A stretch of 64,000 nucleotides of DNA, from the IMG/VR virus record IMGVR_UViG_3300045988_126367, one strand, 5' to 3'. Numbering within the stretch: position 1 is the stretch's first letter; each line of letters starts with the position of its first letter. Position numbers and translations under genes: made by a program. The DNA is from a virus. The notes beneath the pieces were generated by a model that worked only from the letters and a program-made list of their open reading frames with translations, did no database searches and was not told where the DNA came from. Shown one piece after another: positions 9,149 to 17,979 of the stretch.

Positions 9149-9921
9149 AACTGTCCCTCCCCTCTGTCCATCGCCGCGGTGATACCTTTAGCGGTCAAGA
9201 TCTCGTGGATCAGCAGCCGCCCCTTCTGTGTCCACTGCGTCAGCATCCTCGAATCGTGGCTTCCGTCACTTCTCAGGATCGGAATTGTCTTGCTCTTGGT
9301 GTAGCCTTTCCCCATGTGTCTCTTGTAGAGGATCCACTGTCCGTTTACACTGCGTTGGATACCTGCATCGAAAAGGATCTTGTTAAGTGCCTTGGCGCTC
9401 AAGTTGTAATCCGCCGCCACCTGTGAGGTAGCCATAGCAGACGGGCTTTCAAGGATTGTGTCCACATACTGGCGGATCGGTTCAAAGTCGGCGATGGCCT
9501 GTGCCTGACGCTGGTTCTCGGCCAGCAGCTTCATTTTCTGTTCCTCTGCATCTGCAAGGGCGCGGAGAGCGGAGGGATAATCCTTCGGTACGGCGTAAGC
9601 GCCGGTCTTGCGGATGGTGGGGAGAATTTCATCAAAAATCCAACTTTCAAACTTCTCCGCGCCAGGAAGCTTGGATCGCGCCGCAAGGCGATAAACATTT
9701 CCCTCCGCAATAAACGTTGCTTCCTGCGTTCTTCCGAGGGCATCAACGATGGGGTAACGTTTCGTTAGGTCACCCCGGCAATGGTCGGAAATTGCCTTAC
9801 TGGGGTTTTGGTAACCCAGCGCTTTTGCGACATCGCTTGCGCAAAAGAGGACGTTTCCGTTTTCCTCAACGGTACGGATGGTGCCGAACTCCGGGCTGTT
9901 GAAAATCTGCAGCTCGTTCAC
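9136..9921 (-). CDS. phage antirepressor (BRO-N plus KilAC/ANT domains)
   Basis: MNELQIFNSPEFGTIRTV...FCASDVAKALGY Bro-N motif; C-terminal KilAC-like. Confidence 0.8.
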   Translation of the reverse strand: MNELQIFNSPEFGTIRTVEENGNVLFCASDVAKALGYQNPSKAISDHCRGDLTKRYPIVDALGRTQEATFIAEGNVYRLAARSKLPGAEKFESWIFDEILPTIRKTGAYAVPKDYPSALRALADAEEQKMKLLAENQRQAQAIADFEPIRQYVDTILESPSAMATSQVAADYNLSAKALNKILFDAGIQRSVNGQWILYKRHMGKGYTKSKTIPILRSDGSHDSRMLTQWTQKGRLLIHEILTAKGITAAMDRGEGQLCLK

Positions 9922-10154
9922 TTTTTCTCCTCCCCTTTCAGAAGCTCATCAATGGTGCAGCGATATACCTCCGAGATTTTCAAAAGCATATCAGCGCTGG
10001 GCTTGTACGTTCCGCGTTCCCAGGAATAAACGGTAATGCGATTTACACCAAGTTTTTCGGCAGCCTCGTCCTGCGTCATTCCCGCTCGAACACGACACAG
10101 TTTGAATCCATTTACTCGCAAATTCTCACTCTCCTCACTTAAAATACTTATCAT
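9918..10154 (-). CDS. Cro-like XRE-family HTH regulator
   Basis: 78 aa; RVRAGMTQDEAAEKLGVNRITVYSWERG; first gene of leftward early operon. Confidence 0.8.
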   Translation of the reverse strand: MISILSEESENLRVNGFKLCRVRAGMTQDEAAEKLGVNRITVYSWERGTYKPSADMLLKISEVYRCTIDELLKGEEKK

Positions 10155-10169
10155 TTTGCTTAGCTACAC

Positions 10170-10198
10170 TTGACATTCTCGCAATCGTATTATAAAAT
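10170..10198 (+). promoter_or_regulatory. sigma-70-type promoter toward repressor-like gene
   Basis: TTGACA (10170-10175), 17-nt spacer, TAAAAT (10193-10198). Confidence 0.45.
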
Positions 10199-10285
10199 GC
10201 AGTTGAACAAGAAAGCATTTATAAATTCTCCTGCAAGATTTTGCCGGGGTGTGGTTTTGTGTACCTGTTCTTGCTTCGCATACTT

Positions 10286-10313
10286 AGTATATCACTTCGT
10301 ATTGCTAAGTCAA
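10286..10313 (-). promoter_or_regulatory. sigma-70-type promoter toward cro-like early operon
   Basis: minus strand TTGACT, 16-nt spacer, TATACT; faces the plus-strand promoter about 90 bp away. Confidence 0.4.
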
Positions 10314-10371
10314 GACTAATTTTGCGCACAAGATCGCTTTCTATGATTTGCACAAATAAAGGAGATGTTTT

Positions 10372-10710
10372 ATGGACACTTCGACAATGCTCTTTCGTAT
10401 TGAGTGCCTTCTTAAAGCAAAAAAAATGTCAAAGGGCGATTTTTACGCCGCAATTCCCATTTCTTCCTCTGCCGTCGCACAGTGGAGGCAGGGGCGAGTC
10501 CCCAAAATGGAAAACATTCTTCGCATGGCCGAAATTCTTGAAGTTGAACCCAGCTATCTTTTATGTGAGGATATAAAAAAAGAGTCCGCTCCTACATCGG
10601 AAAGCGAACTCGACGGTGCCCTTGTGAAATTACTCTGTTCTCTTACGCCTACTGAGCTTGCGCAGGTACAGGGCTTTGCCGCAGCCCTGATAGCAGCTCG
10701 TAAAGCTTAG
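10372..10710 (+). CDS. CI-like XRE-family HTH repressor candidate
   Basis: 112 aa; KKMSKGDFYAAIPISSSAVAQWRQGR HTH; divergent from cro-like gene; AAAGGAG RBS. Confidence 0.7.
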   Translation: MDTSTMLFRIECLLKAKKMSKGDFYAAIPISSSAVAQWRQGRVPKMENILRMAEILEVEPSYLLCEDIKKESAPTSESELDGALVKLLCSLTPTELAQVQGFAAALIAARKA

Positions 10711-11021
10711 TCTTCTCTTCCAGTGTCATCTGGGAAATGAATTCCCATGCCTGCTCTTCGCTCATGCTCTTTCTCCTCTCCAGCCGTTTGTTTTGTGTTC
10801 CCCGCTGCCGCTGATCCCGGCAGCGGGAAAATAGCAGATCGCTGTAAATCCGACATATCTGCTACACCTTCATGGTAGCAGAAGCGCCATGCCCCGTCCA
10901 CCCGCAAAACGGGGAATCCTGTCTTGATTTGGGGAATCTCTCCCCAATGGCGGGAAAATGGGCTTATCCAAATATGGGTAGGGCAATTCCTATTGGGATT
11001 TCTGTTATCAGGGAGGTTATC

Positions 11022-11633
11022 ATGTCAATTATGCAGAATTTGGGGGACTATATCGTTCAGTTTCCCGCCGTACTTAAAGCCGCCAGGATGCGTGCCGGTC
11101 TCACCAATGAGGAGTTGGCCAAGCGTTCCGGTGTTCCATACTCTGCCATCTGCAAGATGCAGTCCGGAGAACGTGATCCAAAGCTTTACGACGCTGTGGC
11201 CGCCAGCTATTGTGTAGGCCTCCACATTGATGCAGCTTTTGGCAACGCCTCTGAAAAAGACCCGTCCGCCATCCTGCAGCAGCGTGTCCACGATCTGGAA
11301 TTGACCGAGACCACCAATTCCGGCGACATCGCCCGTCTGAACCAAGTGAACGAAATCTATCTCCAGCAGCTGCAGGAAGCAAAAAAACGGGAGCGGTTCT
11401 ATAAGCGCTGGTCTTTGCTCACCACCGTTTTTTCTGCTATCCTCTCCGGTTTCCTGATCGCCTATCTGATCTTTGACCTCCGGAGCCCCGATAAAGGCTT
11501 TATCCAGTATGGTAATCTCACAGCGGGGGTCTGGATCATCATTCTTTTAGTGTCCGTCTCCATCGGCGGCTGCGGCATCATGGGATACAAGTCTCTGCGT
11601 GAAACTGCCGAATTGACCAAGCTCCAGAAATAG
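11022..11633 (+). CDS. membrane-anchored XRE-family HTH protein
   Basis: start at MSIMQNLG after GGGAGG; ARMRAGLTNEELAKRSGVPYSAICKMQSG HTH; two C-terminal TM segments. Confidence 0.6.
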   Translation: MSIMQNLGDYIVQFPAVLKAARMRAGLTNEELAKRSGVPYSAICKMQSGERDPKLYDAVAASYCVGLHIDAAFGNASEKDPSAILQQRVHDLELTETTNSGDIARLNQVNEIYLQQLQEAKKRERFYKRWSLLTTVFSAILSGFLIAYLIFDLRSPDKGFIQYGNLTAGVWIIILLVSVSIGGCGIMGYKSLRETAELTKLQK

Positions 11634-11829
11634 AATCTTCGTTTCATCTGTGATTCAAATTCTATCACACAAGAATTTCGCTTTCAATATGTGTTTTAAC
11701 CAAACTCCTTGTTACTTCTCCGTCAAAACAGAAAAAGCCGCCCCTTTCGGAGCGGCTCTGCAACCCAGTCACCAAAATCAACCACGACATCAATGAAAGG
11801 AGATTGCCTATTTAGGGTAACACAAAACC

Positions 11830-12999
11830 ATGGAAAAGTCAACGAAATGTAAAAGCTGTAAACGAGAAGTTCCCGCCAATGCCCCCTTCTGTCCCTGGTG
11901 CGGAAAAAAGCAGATCAAGGAAAAGAAATCTGATGACATCATCAAAGTTCCGGAGCCGGAACAGCTTCCCTCTGGCAGTTGGCGTATCTATCTCCGCGCT
12001 GAAAAGCAATCTATCACAGAGCCAACCAAAGAGAGTTGCATTACAAGAGCCAAAGCCATCCGCGCTGGCTTTATTGAGAAGCAAAAAGAAGCTCCCTCTA
12101 TCACATGGTCTAAAGCAATAGATCAATTTCTTGCAGACAGAACTTCATCGCTTTCCCCTGAAACAATCCGCGGTTATCGTATCATTCAGCGCAATCGTTT
12201 CCCATCCGTCATGCAAAAGCCGATGAACAGCCCTGTCAACTGGCAGGCGGAGGTCAATGCGGCACTTTCTACATTGTCCGATAAGAGCGTTTCCAACTCT
12301 TGGGGACTTATATCGGAGATCATGCGGGTAAACCATATGGAAGTCCCCAACATTCTGATGCCATCCGCAAAAAAGTCCACTGACCGCGATTTTCTTGACC
12401 CGCAGCAGATCTTGACGTTTTGTGACACCATTCGCGGTGACACTTGTGAGAGCGCCATGCTCCTTGGTCTGCACAGCCTTCGCATGTCTGAGATAAAGGC
12501 GTTGAGAATGTCAAAGAACATTGATTTGGAGAACAACCTCATCCACGTTTCCGGTGCAATGGTGCGCGACGAAAAAAACAAGTCCATTTATAAAGACCGC
12601 AACAAAACCACAGCCTCTAATCGAACTGTTCCCATTATGATCCCGCGCCTTGCGGAACTCCTCGCTCAGTGCAAAGGCGAGGATGGATTCTTAGTCCCCC
12701 AACGCCCGTCTACCATCAACAAGCATATTCACGCCGCTGCGGACAGTGCGAAGCTTCCCGACATTACGTCCCACTGTCTGCGCCACTCCTTTGTTTCTCT
12801 TGGTTATCATCTGCGCCTTTCCGAACTTGAAGTCATGGAAATGGGCGGCTGGTCTGATAATCAGGTCGTTCACAGGATTTATCTGCATCTGGCGCGGCGT
12901 GATCGACTCAAGGCCGGAAATAAAATGGCAAAGTTTTATCGCACCGCAGCAAAGATGCTTTCTTCATCCCCAGATACAACAAAAGGTAACGACAAGTAG
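11830..12999 (+). CDS. int: tyrosine recombinase/integrase (int1) with N-terminal zinc ribbon
   Basis: 389 aa; CKSCKREVPANAPFCPWCG; catalytic-region HCLRHSF and HRIYLH. Confidence 0.9.
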   Translation: MEKSTKCKSCKREVPANAPFCPWCGKKQIKEKKSDDIIKVPEPEQLPSGSWRIYLRAEKQSITEPTKESCITRAKAIRAGFIEKQKEAPSITWSKAIDQFLADRTSSLSPETIRGYRIIQRNRFPSVMQKPMNSPVNWQAEVNAALSTLSDKSVSNSWGLISEIMRVNHMEVPNILMPSAKKSTDRDFLDPQQILTFCDTIRGDTCESAMLLGLHSLRMSEIKALRMSKNIDLENNLIHVSGAMVRDEKNKSIYKDRNKTTASNRTVPIMIPRLAELLAQCKGEDGFLVPQRPSTINKHIHAAADSAKLPDITSHCLRHSFVSLGYHLRLSELEVMEMGGWSDNQVVHRIYLHLARRDRLKAGNKMAKFYRTAAKMLSSSPDTTKGNDK

Positions 13000-13018
13000 G
13001 AGAGTCAGCGCCATGCTT

Positions 13019-13054
13019 CGTGTGTAAATCCGTGTGTAAATCCGTGTGTAAAAA
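13019..13054 (+). repeat. 3 tandem 12-nt repeats CGTGTGTAAATC (candidate integrase arm sites)
   Basis: read directly; just after the int1 stop. Confidence 0.6.
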
Positions 13055-13148
13055 TATCTGTTTTGAGCGCCTAAAACTACCATTTTCGGTCGGGATTCCT
13101 GTCAAAGTAGCCGGTCGAAGAAATCCCGCAAGCCCGCATAAACACAAG

Positions 13149-13180
13149 AAAAACCCGCAATCACAAAGATTGCGGGTTTT
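13149..13180. terminator. bidirectional intrinsic terminator
   Basis: AAAAACCCGCAATC-ACAAA-GATTGCGGGTTTT; 11-bp stem with A-run and T-run flanks. Confidence 0.7.
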
Positions 13181-13188
13181 CCCTATTT

Positions 13189-13216
13189 TGGTCGGAGTGG
13201 GGGGACTTGAACCCCC
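13189..13216 (-). other. tRNA 3' fragment (T-arm, acceptor 3' strand, CCA) = candidate att core
   Basis: minus strand GGGGG-TTCAAGT-CCCCC-CACTCCG-A-CCA; no matching 5' acceptor/D/anticodon arms upstream. Confidence 0.6.
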
Positions 13217-13260
13217 GAAGAAATCCGCATAACCCGCATGAAATCACGACTCACAAGGCA

Positions 13261-13284
13261 CGTGTGTATTTGCGTGTGTATTTT
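13261..13284 (+). repeat. 2 tandem 12-nt repeats CGTGTGTATTTN (candidate arm sites)
   Basis: same CGTGTGTA core as 13019-13054, on the other side of the tRNA fragment. Confidence 0.55.
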
Positions 13285-13352
13285 ATTGAAATGACAAAGC
13301 ACTCACCTCGCATCAAAATAGCACACTTTTTTGCACTTGTAAAGTATGGATT

Positions 13353-13994
13353 CTATTCCTCACACCACCAAACAGTCTCTCTCCGTACTCCCGCCAAGGC
13401 TGCATCGTCGTGGTGCATCAGGATATCGACGTGGTTTCCTTTCACCCCTGCATCCAGGGCGATGTATGTCTCGTCACCGATAATCACTGTGGAGCCGGTG
13501 GGAATGACGCTGGGATCCGTCGCCACACAGCTGCCGACCCATACCCATTGGCCGCTGGCCGTCAGCACACGGCCATCCTCGTCCCGGTTCATGTGGGCGT
13601 AAGGTGTACAGTCAGCGCAGTAGCCGGTGATGATACATTCCTCAATCACGTTGCTCTTTGCCTTGATGGCCTCCCGCGTCTTTTCTTCTTCGTCTGGATC
13701 TTCCCATGCCACTGGTTCCGACTCTCCTGTGTCTGCCGACTGGATAAGAGGCTCATCCGGTGTAGCGGCAGGCGTGGCTTCCTCTGTGCGCCAGGAGATC
13801 AACAGGCACAGCACAACGGCCAGCACGGTGCCCAAAAGGATTTCCGCCATGATGTGGATGGTGTTCTGAATCGCCACGCGCTTATACTCATCCCGAAGTA
13901 TGGCAAACGGTTCCGGGCAAAGCCCAAACTCCCCCGCCAGCACAATGTTCCGTTCCATTGCGCTGCACACTTCTCTATTTCGTCTCGTCATCAT
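13353..13994 (-). CDS. membrane-anchored 3D-domain (MltA/RlpA-like) cell-wall protein
   Basis: C-terminus TASGQWVWVGSCVATDPSVIPTGSTVIIGDETYIALDAGVKGNHVDI 3D-domain pattern; N-terminal TM; start uncertain. Confidence 0.65.
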   Translation of the reverse strand: MMTRRNREVCSAMERNIVLAGEFGLCPEPFAILRDEYKRVAIQNTIHIMAEILLGTVLAVVLCLLISWRTEEATPAATPDEPLIQSADTGESEPVAWEDPDEEEKTREAIKAKSNVIEECIITGYCADCTPYAHMNRDEDGRVLTASGQWVWVGSCVATDPSVIPTGSTVIIGDETYIALDAGVKGNHVDILMHHDDAALAGVRRETVWWCEE

Positions 13995-14121
13995 CTTTCT
14001 TCACCTCGTAAAGCGGGCATCCGCAATTCACGAAATCAGCGCAGTGTTCGCTGTCCCCGTTGAAGCACGCCCAAGTCCATTCCTCGTGCCATTTACAGCC
14101 GACACAGCATGTATATTTCAT
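13975..14121 (-). CDS. small Cys-rich protein (48 aa)
   Basis: internal Met MKYTCCVGCKWHEEWTWACFNGDSEHCADFVNCGCPLYE; ATGA overlap with Lar-like stop. Confidence 0.4.
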   Translation of the reverse strand: MKYTCCVGCKWHEEWTWACFNGDSEHCADFVNCGCPLYEVKKDDDETK

Positions 14122-14339
14122 TTCCGTATACCTCTCTCCCTTTTCTCTCGCGCAATTGTATTCCAGCGATTTGTAGCGCTGCTCTGTGTGTTGCCCGACA
14201 CAATGAAACCGCAGGAGTAACACCTGACGTAGTACTTCTCCGGGAGGTTCACAGAGCATTTCCGTTCGCCGCTGTCTCTGCCGCAGTGGGGACATACCTC
14301 CAGTTTCCCGCTGGGTTTTCTGTTGTACTGGTTCATCAC
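14118..14339 (-). CDS. Lar-family restriction-alleviation-like zinc-ribbon protein
   Basis: 73 aa; CPHCG...CYSCG plus ATNRWNT resembling the Lar AxxAWNxR tail. Confidence 0.45.
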   Translation of the reverse strand: MMNQYNRKPSGKLEVCPHCGRDSGERKCSVNLPEKYYVRCYSCGFIVSGNTQSSATNRWNTIAREKRERGIRK

Positions 14340-14692
14340 TTATCCTCCTCCGGCAGAATAACGACACCAGCAAGTTCCCCGTTGTCCTCAAAATATTCCG
14401 CGCCGCAACATGACTTGAAAATGTAAGCGTGCCATAAGGCCGCATCCTCCCCATAAACAATACCGATAGTCCGTTCCGGTTTGCGGAAATCTCCGGTCTG
14501 TATCATCAGCGCCGCCTTATGCCGCTTCTTGTCATCAGGTAGTTTTTGTATGCAGCTTCCCTTGTTGGGTGGGGAAGAACCGTTCAGGGGCTTGTTGGGC
14601 TGATAGCCTCGCCCATTGTCCGTTGAAACGATGTCGATAAATGCGGCACCAGCCAGAACGAGGCCGACAAGGACGCCAAAAAAAGTTCCCAA
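14336..14692 (-). CDS. N-terminally anchored membrane protein (paralog-like of 17976-18314)
   Basis: 118 aa; TM at N-terminus; C-terminal TIGIVYGED...NGELAGVVILPE collinear with VIGVVIEEG...DGELCNVILKE. Confidence 0.5.
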   Translation of the reverse strand: MGTFFGVLVGLVLAGAAFIDIVSTDNGRGYQPNKPLNGSSPPNKGSCIQKLPDDKKRHKAALMIQTGDFRKPERTIGIVYGEDAALWHAYIFKSCCGAEYFEDNGELAGVVILPEEDK

Positions 14693-14705
14693 TATGCTTT
14701 CCTCC

Positions 14706-15110
14706 TCACAAATGTACGATCATTGCTCCCTCCAGTATTGAGGGCGTTTTCTTTCCGTTCACCCTCCTCGTGGGCATCGGGTTTATCTTCACCGCCTCCA
14801 TAGGATTTACTGGTAATAATTCCGTCCAGTCTCTGCCGCAAACATAGCACTTGTGGTAAATCTCGGTTCCGCGCTTTTGCACGAGAAGGAGGTTGTGCGT
14901 CTGGCAGCAGGTCGGTGCGTTTTGCCAGACCATCGTCGCATGGCCATCCTCTGTGCGGTGCCAGATAAATCGTCCATTTCCACCGGAGCCTCCTGAACCG
15001 GGCGTACATACACCGGATCCAGGCTCGCAGCCGGCACCACCATTAGCGATGTATGCCGGACCAACTCCACCTGCTCCGCCTGTTCCGAGAGCTTCTATCT
15101 TTCTTTTCAT
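14706..15110 (-). CDS. Gly-rich / Cys-His protein with KCYVCGxDW motif (paralog-like of 18308-18703)
   Basis: start at MKRKIEALGTGGAGG next to the MTase stop; GGSGGNG tract then CC..H..KCYVCGRDW. Confidence 0.5.
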   Translation of the reverse strand: MKRKIEALGTGGAGGVGPAYIANGGAGCEPGSGVCTPGSGGSGGNGRFIWHRTEDGHATMVWQNAPTCCQTHNLLLVQKRGTEIYHKCYVCGRDWTELLPVNPMEAVKINPMPTRRVNGKKTPSILEGAMIVHL

Positions 15111-15112
15111 CT

Positions 15113-15793
15113 TCACCACATCCTTACCTGTGCCGTATGCTCCGCAAACCGCTGCTCTTGCAGTTGAAAGTATGTCGGATCGATCTCGCACCCCACAAAT
15201 TCAAATCCGAGGTTGTAGGCCGCTATCCTGCTGCTTCCACTGCCCAAGTGTGTATCCAGTATGCGCCAGCCTTCCTTGGTGTACTTCTGCAGCAGCCACT
15301 CGTACAATGCCACGGGCTTTTGCGTGGGATGGATCCTCTTTTCGTTCAGCGCCTTGTTGCCCTGCTGCGTTGTGCCGTCCGTGATGCTTTTCCCTTGAAA
15401 CATCCCATTCCACATATAGCGGAATATGCGAACGCTGTCATGACAGTTTGTCGCCGCGATCTCACAGTCCGAAAAAGAACTGTTTTCGTTGCATTTATCC
15501 CAAACGATGCGGCCCGGAGGAAAAACAACATCAAAGTAATTGCATCCCCATACGATATATTTTTTCGTCACGCGCACCAACTCGGAAAAGTAGTCGATGC
15601 CTGGCACGTCCCACTTTGGTGATATGGGATAGTCCCGGTGTACGCCGATGGGGCTGACCTTGCGGCCGTAATACCCTCTGCGTTCCGGTCCGGTGAAATA
15701 CGGCGGGTCTACAATGGCAAGGTCAAACGCCTTATCCGGAAGCGTCCGCATATACGCCATGCAGTCCATGTTCAATGCGATCTGCTCTGCCAT
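15113..15793 (-). CDS. DNA methyltransferase, N4/N6 beta-class
   Basis: IVDPPY (motif IV) N-terminal, HPTQKP, DTHLGSGSS (motif I) C-terminal. Confidence 0.85.
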   Translation of the reverse strand: MAEQIALNMDCMAYMRTLPDKAFDLAIVDPPYFTGPERRGYYGRKVSPIGVHRDYPISPKWDVPGIDYFSELVRVTKKYIVWGCNYFDVVFPPGRIVWDKCNENSSFSDCEIAATNCHDSVRIFRYMWNGMFQGKSITDGTTQQGNKALNEKRIHPTQKPVALYEWLLQKYTKEGWRILDTHLGSGSSRIAAYNLGFEFVGCEIDPTYFQLQEQRFAEHTAQVRMW

Positions 15794-15795
15794 GA

Positions 15796-16518
15796 CTACT
15801 TAGCCTTTCGCAGTTCATTCACGGCATCTATCAGCTCGTTGATTTTGTCTTGCATGACTTGCGTGTCTGGGACGTATCTCATAGTCCCGTTTTCGGACTT
15901 CCACACGCTCCCGCAGTGAAAAATATCCTTGGGCTTCTTCACTACTGCTTTCTCATTCTCCCACCGTCCGATGCGCTTATAGCCCTTGAAGCCGTTTTCC
16001 GCCTCGTACTTGGTGATGCAGTCCTCCTCGCCGTCCGTAAAATGTACGGTCGGCTCATAGAACCCACGCTCCCGGCATTTCTCACACCGGCAGATGCCTT
16101 TGACGTACCCCACCCGGCCATCCACAGTCTCTACATAGTCTCCTTCGTGCAGGTTTCCGGCCAGCATCATCGCATTTGAAAACTTCCTCATATTGGTTTC
16201 CCTCTCTTTCCCATTCCCGAAAATTCTTACCGGCGTAATACCTCTCGGCACTACAACGTAGATTTTGTCGTCCTGTTGATCTTCGTTTTCCGGCTTACAT
16301 TGACGCCGACACGCATCCGCAAGCTCTTCGTAACCGTAATCGCGCCAATCTCCATCAATTTCGCAAAGCGCATAATGGGTCTCATGGTTCTCAATGCAAC
16401 TCAGCGCAGTTTCCAGCCGCTTCCGCGCCTCCTGGCTGTCAATCACACAGCCGTGTACGCTGCCACGCTTCCTGTGGTAAATAACCAAAGACTTCACTTC
16501 TGCTCCTCCACATAGCAC
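15796..16518 (-). CDS. hypothetical protein
   Basis: 240-aa ORF in operon; CRCEKCRERG cluster. Confidence 0.55.
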   Translation of the reverse strand: MLCGGAEVKSLVIYHRKRGSVHGCVIDSQEARKRLETALSCIENHETHYALCEIDGDWRDYGYEELADACRRQCKPENEDQQDDKIYVVVPRGITPVRIFGNGKERETNMRKFSNAMMLAGNLHEGDYVETVDGRVGYVKGICRCEKCRERGFYEPTVHFTDGEEDCITKYEAENGFKGYKRIGRWENEKAVVKKPKDIFHCGSVWKSENGTMRYVPDTQVMQDKINELIDAVNELRKAK

Positions 16519-17036
16519 CAGCTTTGGGGCGGGCGTTTGATCTCATCATCCTCCAACCGCAGCCCCGTTGGATACTCCGGCTTGCGGAACGCCCCCAGCT
16601 CCCGTGGCTGATCGTAGATTTTCAGTTCGGAGATGTGCCAGCCGTAGCCGACGCCCTTGAGATACCGAACGATCTCTTCCCGCGTCAGACAGGCTTGCTG
16701 CTCCACATCGTCTGGTGCATGGTTGAGCGGTGCGAGCTCGTAAATGCGGTCGCAGGTAAACTCGCCAATGACCTTTTGGCGCTTACCCCACATATCGCAG
16801 ATCGAGCCTTCACCGGTCTTAATGAAAACCGTCTTGCCGTGATAGGTCTCCCCATAATTCTCGTCGCCATCTCTTAGGATACCGATGAGCCGTTCCTTCG
16901 CTTTCGTGCAGTAGATATAGCACTTAAACGGCGTTTCCAGTTTTGGGCGCGTCTTGCGAACCTCCACGGTCTTTTCGCCTCTGGCGATCTTCTCGCACCA
17001 CTTCGGGCGGATGCTGATAAGTACGGCCTTGCTCAT
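16494..17036 (-). CDS. ASCH (PUA-like) domain protein
   Basis: start MSKAVLISIRPKWCEKIARGEKTVEVRK typical ASCH opening; ATGA overlap with upstream MTase. Confidence 0.65.
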   Translation of the reverse strand: MSKAVLISIRPKWCEKIARGEKTVEVRKTRPKLETPFKCYIYCTKAKERLIGILRDGDENYGETYHGKTVFIKTGEGSICDMWGKRQKVIGEFTCDRIYELAPLNHAPDDVEQQACLTREEIVRYLKGVGYGWHISELKIYDQPRELGAFRKPEYPTGLRLEDDEIKRPPQSWCYVEEQK

Positions 17037-17668
17037 GCTTTTCCCTCCATTTCCGGCTTCGCCAGCGGCTTGTACACTGTCTGCACACTCCTGATCTGCG
17101 GTGTCAGCCACACGCACCACATCACGTCCATCAATGGGCTGCCGCCGTGGTCATCCTTGAAGAAGAAGTCCGGTCGCCACGTCAGCGGCAGTATGTAGCT
17201 GGGCGGGAACTCCTCAAACAGCTTGGCGCGGCTGGCCGCGTGCCAATACTGTGATTTCAGCAGGAACGCGAAGGGCCGTCTGAGGGACGCCGCCTTACGG
17301 ATGAACTGTTCTGCCAGCTTGAACGGCGGATTGGTGATGATCCAGTCGAAGCTCATGTGCCACTCCGGCGAATCAACTGTAGCCAGAAAATCCAGTCCCA
17401 TGGAGATATCGGTGCCTGACACATGCTCATATCCGCAGCTTTGGATGGCCTTGACCATATCGCCCTCACCTGCTGCCGGCTCCCAGATCATCGTCCGCTG
17501 CGGCAGGTTCAGGAACTCCATCAGCGCCACCGTCACCTCCGGCGGCGTGGGATAAAGGTCGCTTGTCCGCCGCCCCACGGCACTGTTGCCGCCATTGATG
17601 CGGCTTGCCTGCAAACTGTCCATACTGCCCTCCTTACGGTCTATACCAGCCGATGTAGTGGCTCTCAT
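17033..17668 (-). CDS. SAM-dependent DNA N6-adenine methyltransferase-like
   Basis: EPAAGEGDM (motif I) then ITNPPF (motif IV); start may be the internal MDSLQ. Confidence 0.7.
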   Translation of the reverse strand: MRATTSAGIDRKEGSMDSLQASRINGGNSAVGRRTSDLYPTPPEVTVALMEFLNLPQRTMIWEPAAGEGDMVKAIQSCGYEHVSGTDISMGLDFLATVDSPEWHMSFDWIITNPPFKLAEQFIRKAASLRRPFAFLLKSQYWHAASRAKLFEEFPPSYILPLTWRPDFFFKDDHGGSPLMDVMWCVWLTPQIRSVQTVYKPLAKPEMEGKA

Positions 17669-17760
17669 AGAAGATGAACCGGATACCCGGTAGGCACAGA
17701 TAGGTGATCTTTGGATTCTCTACGCTTCTCTTAAACATTTCTTCCTCCCTCCGTTTTCTT

Positions 17761-17979
17761 TCACAATGACGAACTCAGATCAAAGCGTGTAAAGATCCAG
17801 CGCAGGCAGTTGATCAAGTCCGCCTTGCTGATGCTGTTGTGTGTCGCCATGTTTACTACGTTCTCAATAGCCAGCGCCTTGGACTTCTCGGCAATATTGG
17901 GATCATCCAGATGGTTCTTCACGACCTCTATGGAATCTCCCAACGATAGGTTGTAGGTTGGAAATCTCACTGCTTTCAT
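17761..17979 (-). CDS. hypothetical protein
   Basis: internal Met MKAVRFPTYNLSLGD; overlaps upstream stop by 4 nt. Confidence 0.4.
   Translation of the reverse strand: MKAVRFPTYNLSLGDSIEVVKNHLDDPNIAEKSKALAIENVVNMATHNSISKADLINCLRWIFTRFDLSSSL

Noticed and set aside
10649-10765. 38-aa minus-strand ORF (MSEEQAWEFISQMTLEEKTKLYELLSGL) with a good RBS
   Set aside because: About 60 nt of it overlaps the convergent repressor-like gene 10372-10710. It cannot be distinguished from chance without conservation data, so it is not listed as a feature.
13975-14460. 161-aa minus-strand ORF
   Set aside because: It overlaps the better-supported Lar-like (14118-14339) and membrane-protein (14336-14692) genes in other frames. 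Only its last 48 codons (13975-14121) look like a real small gene.
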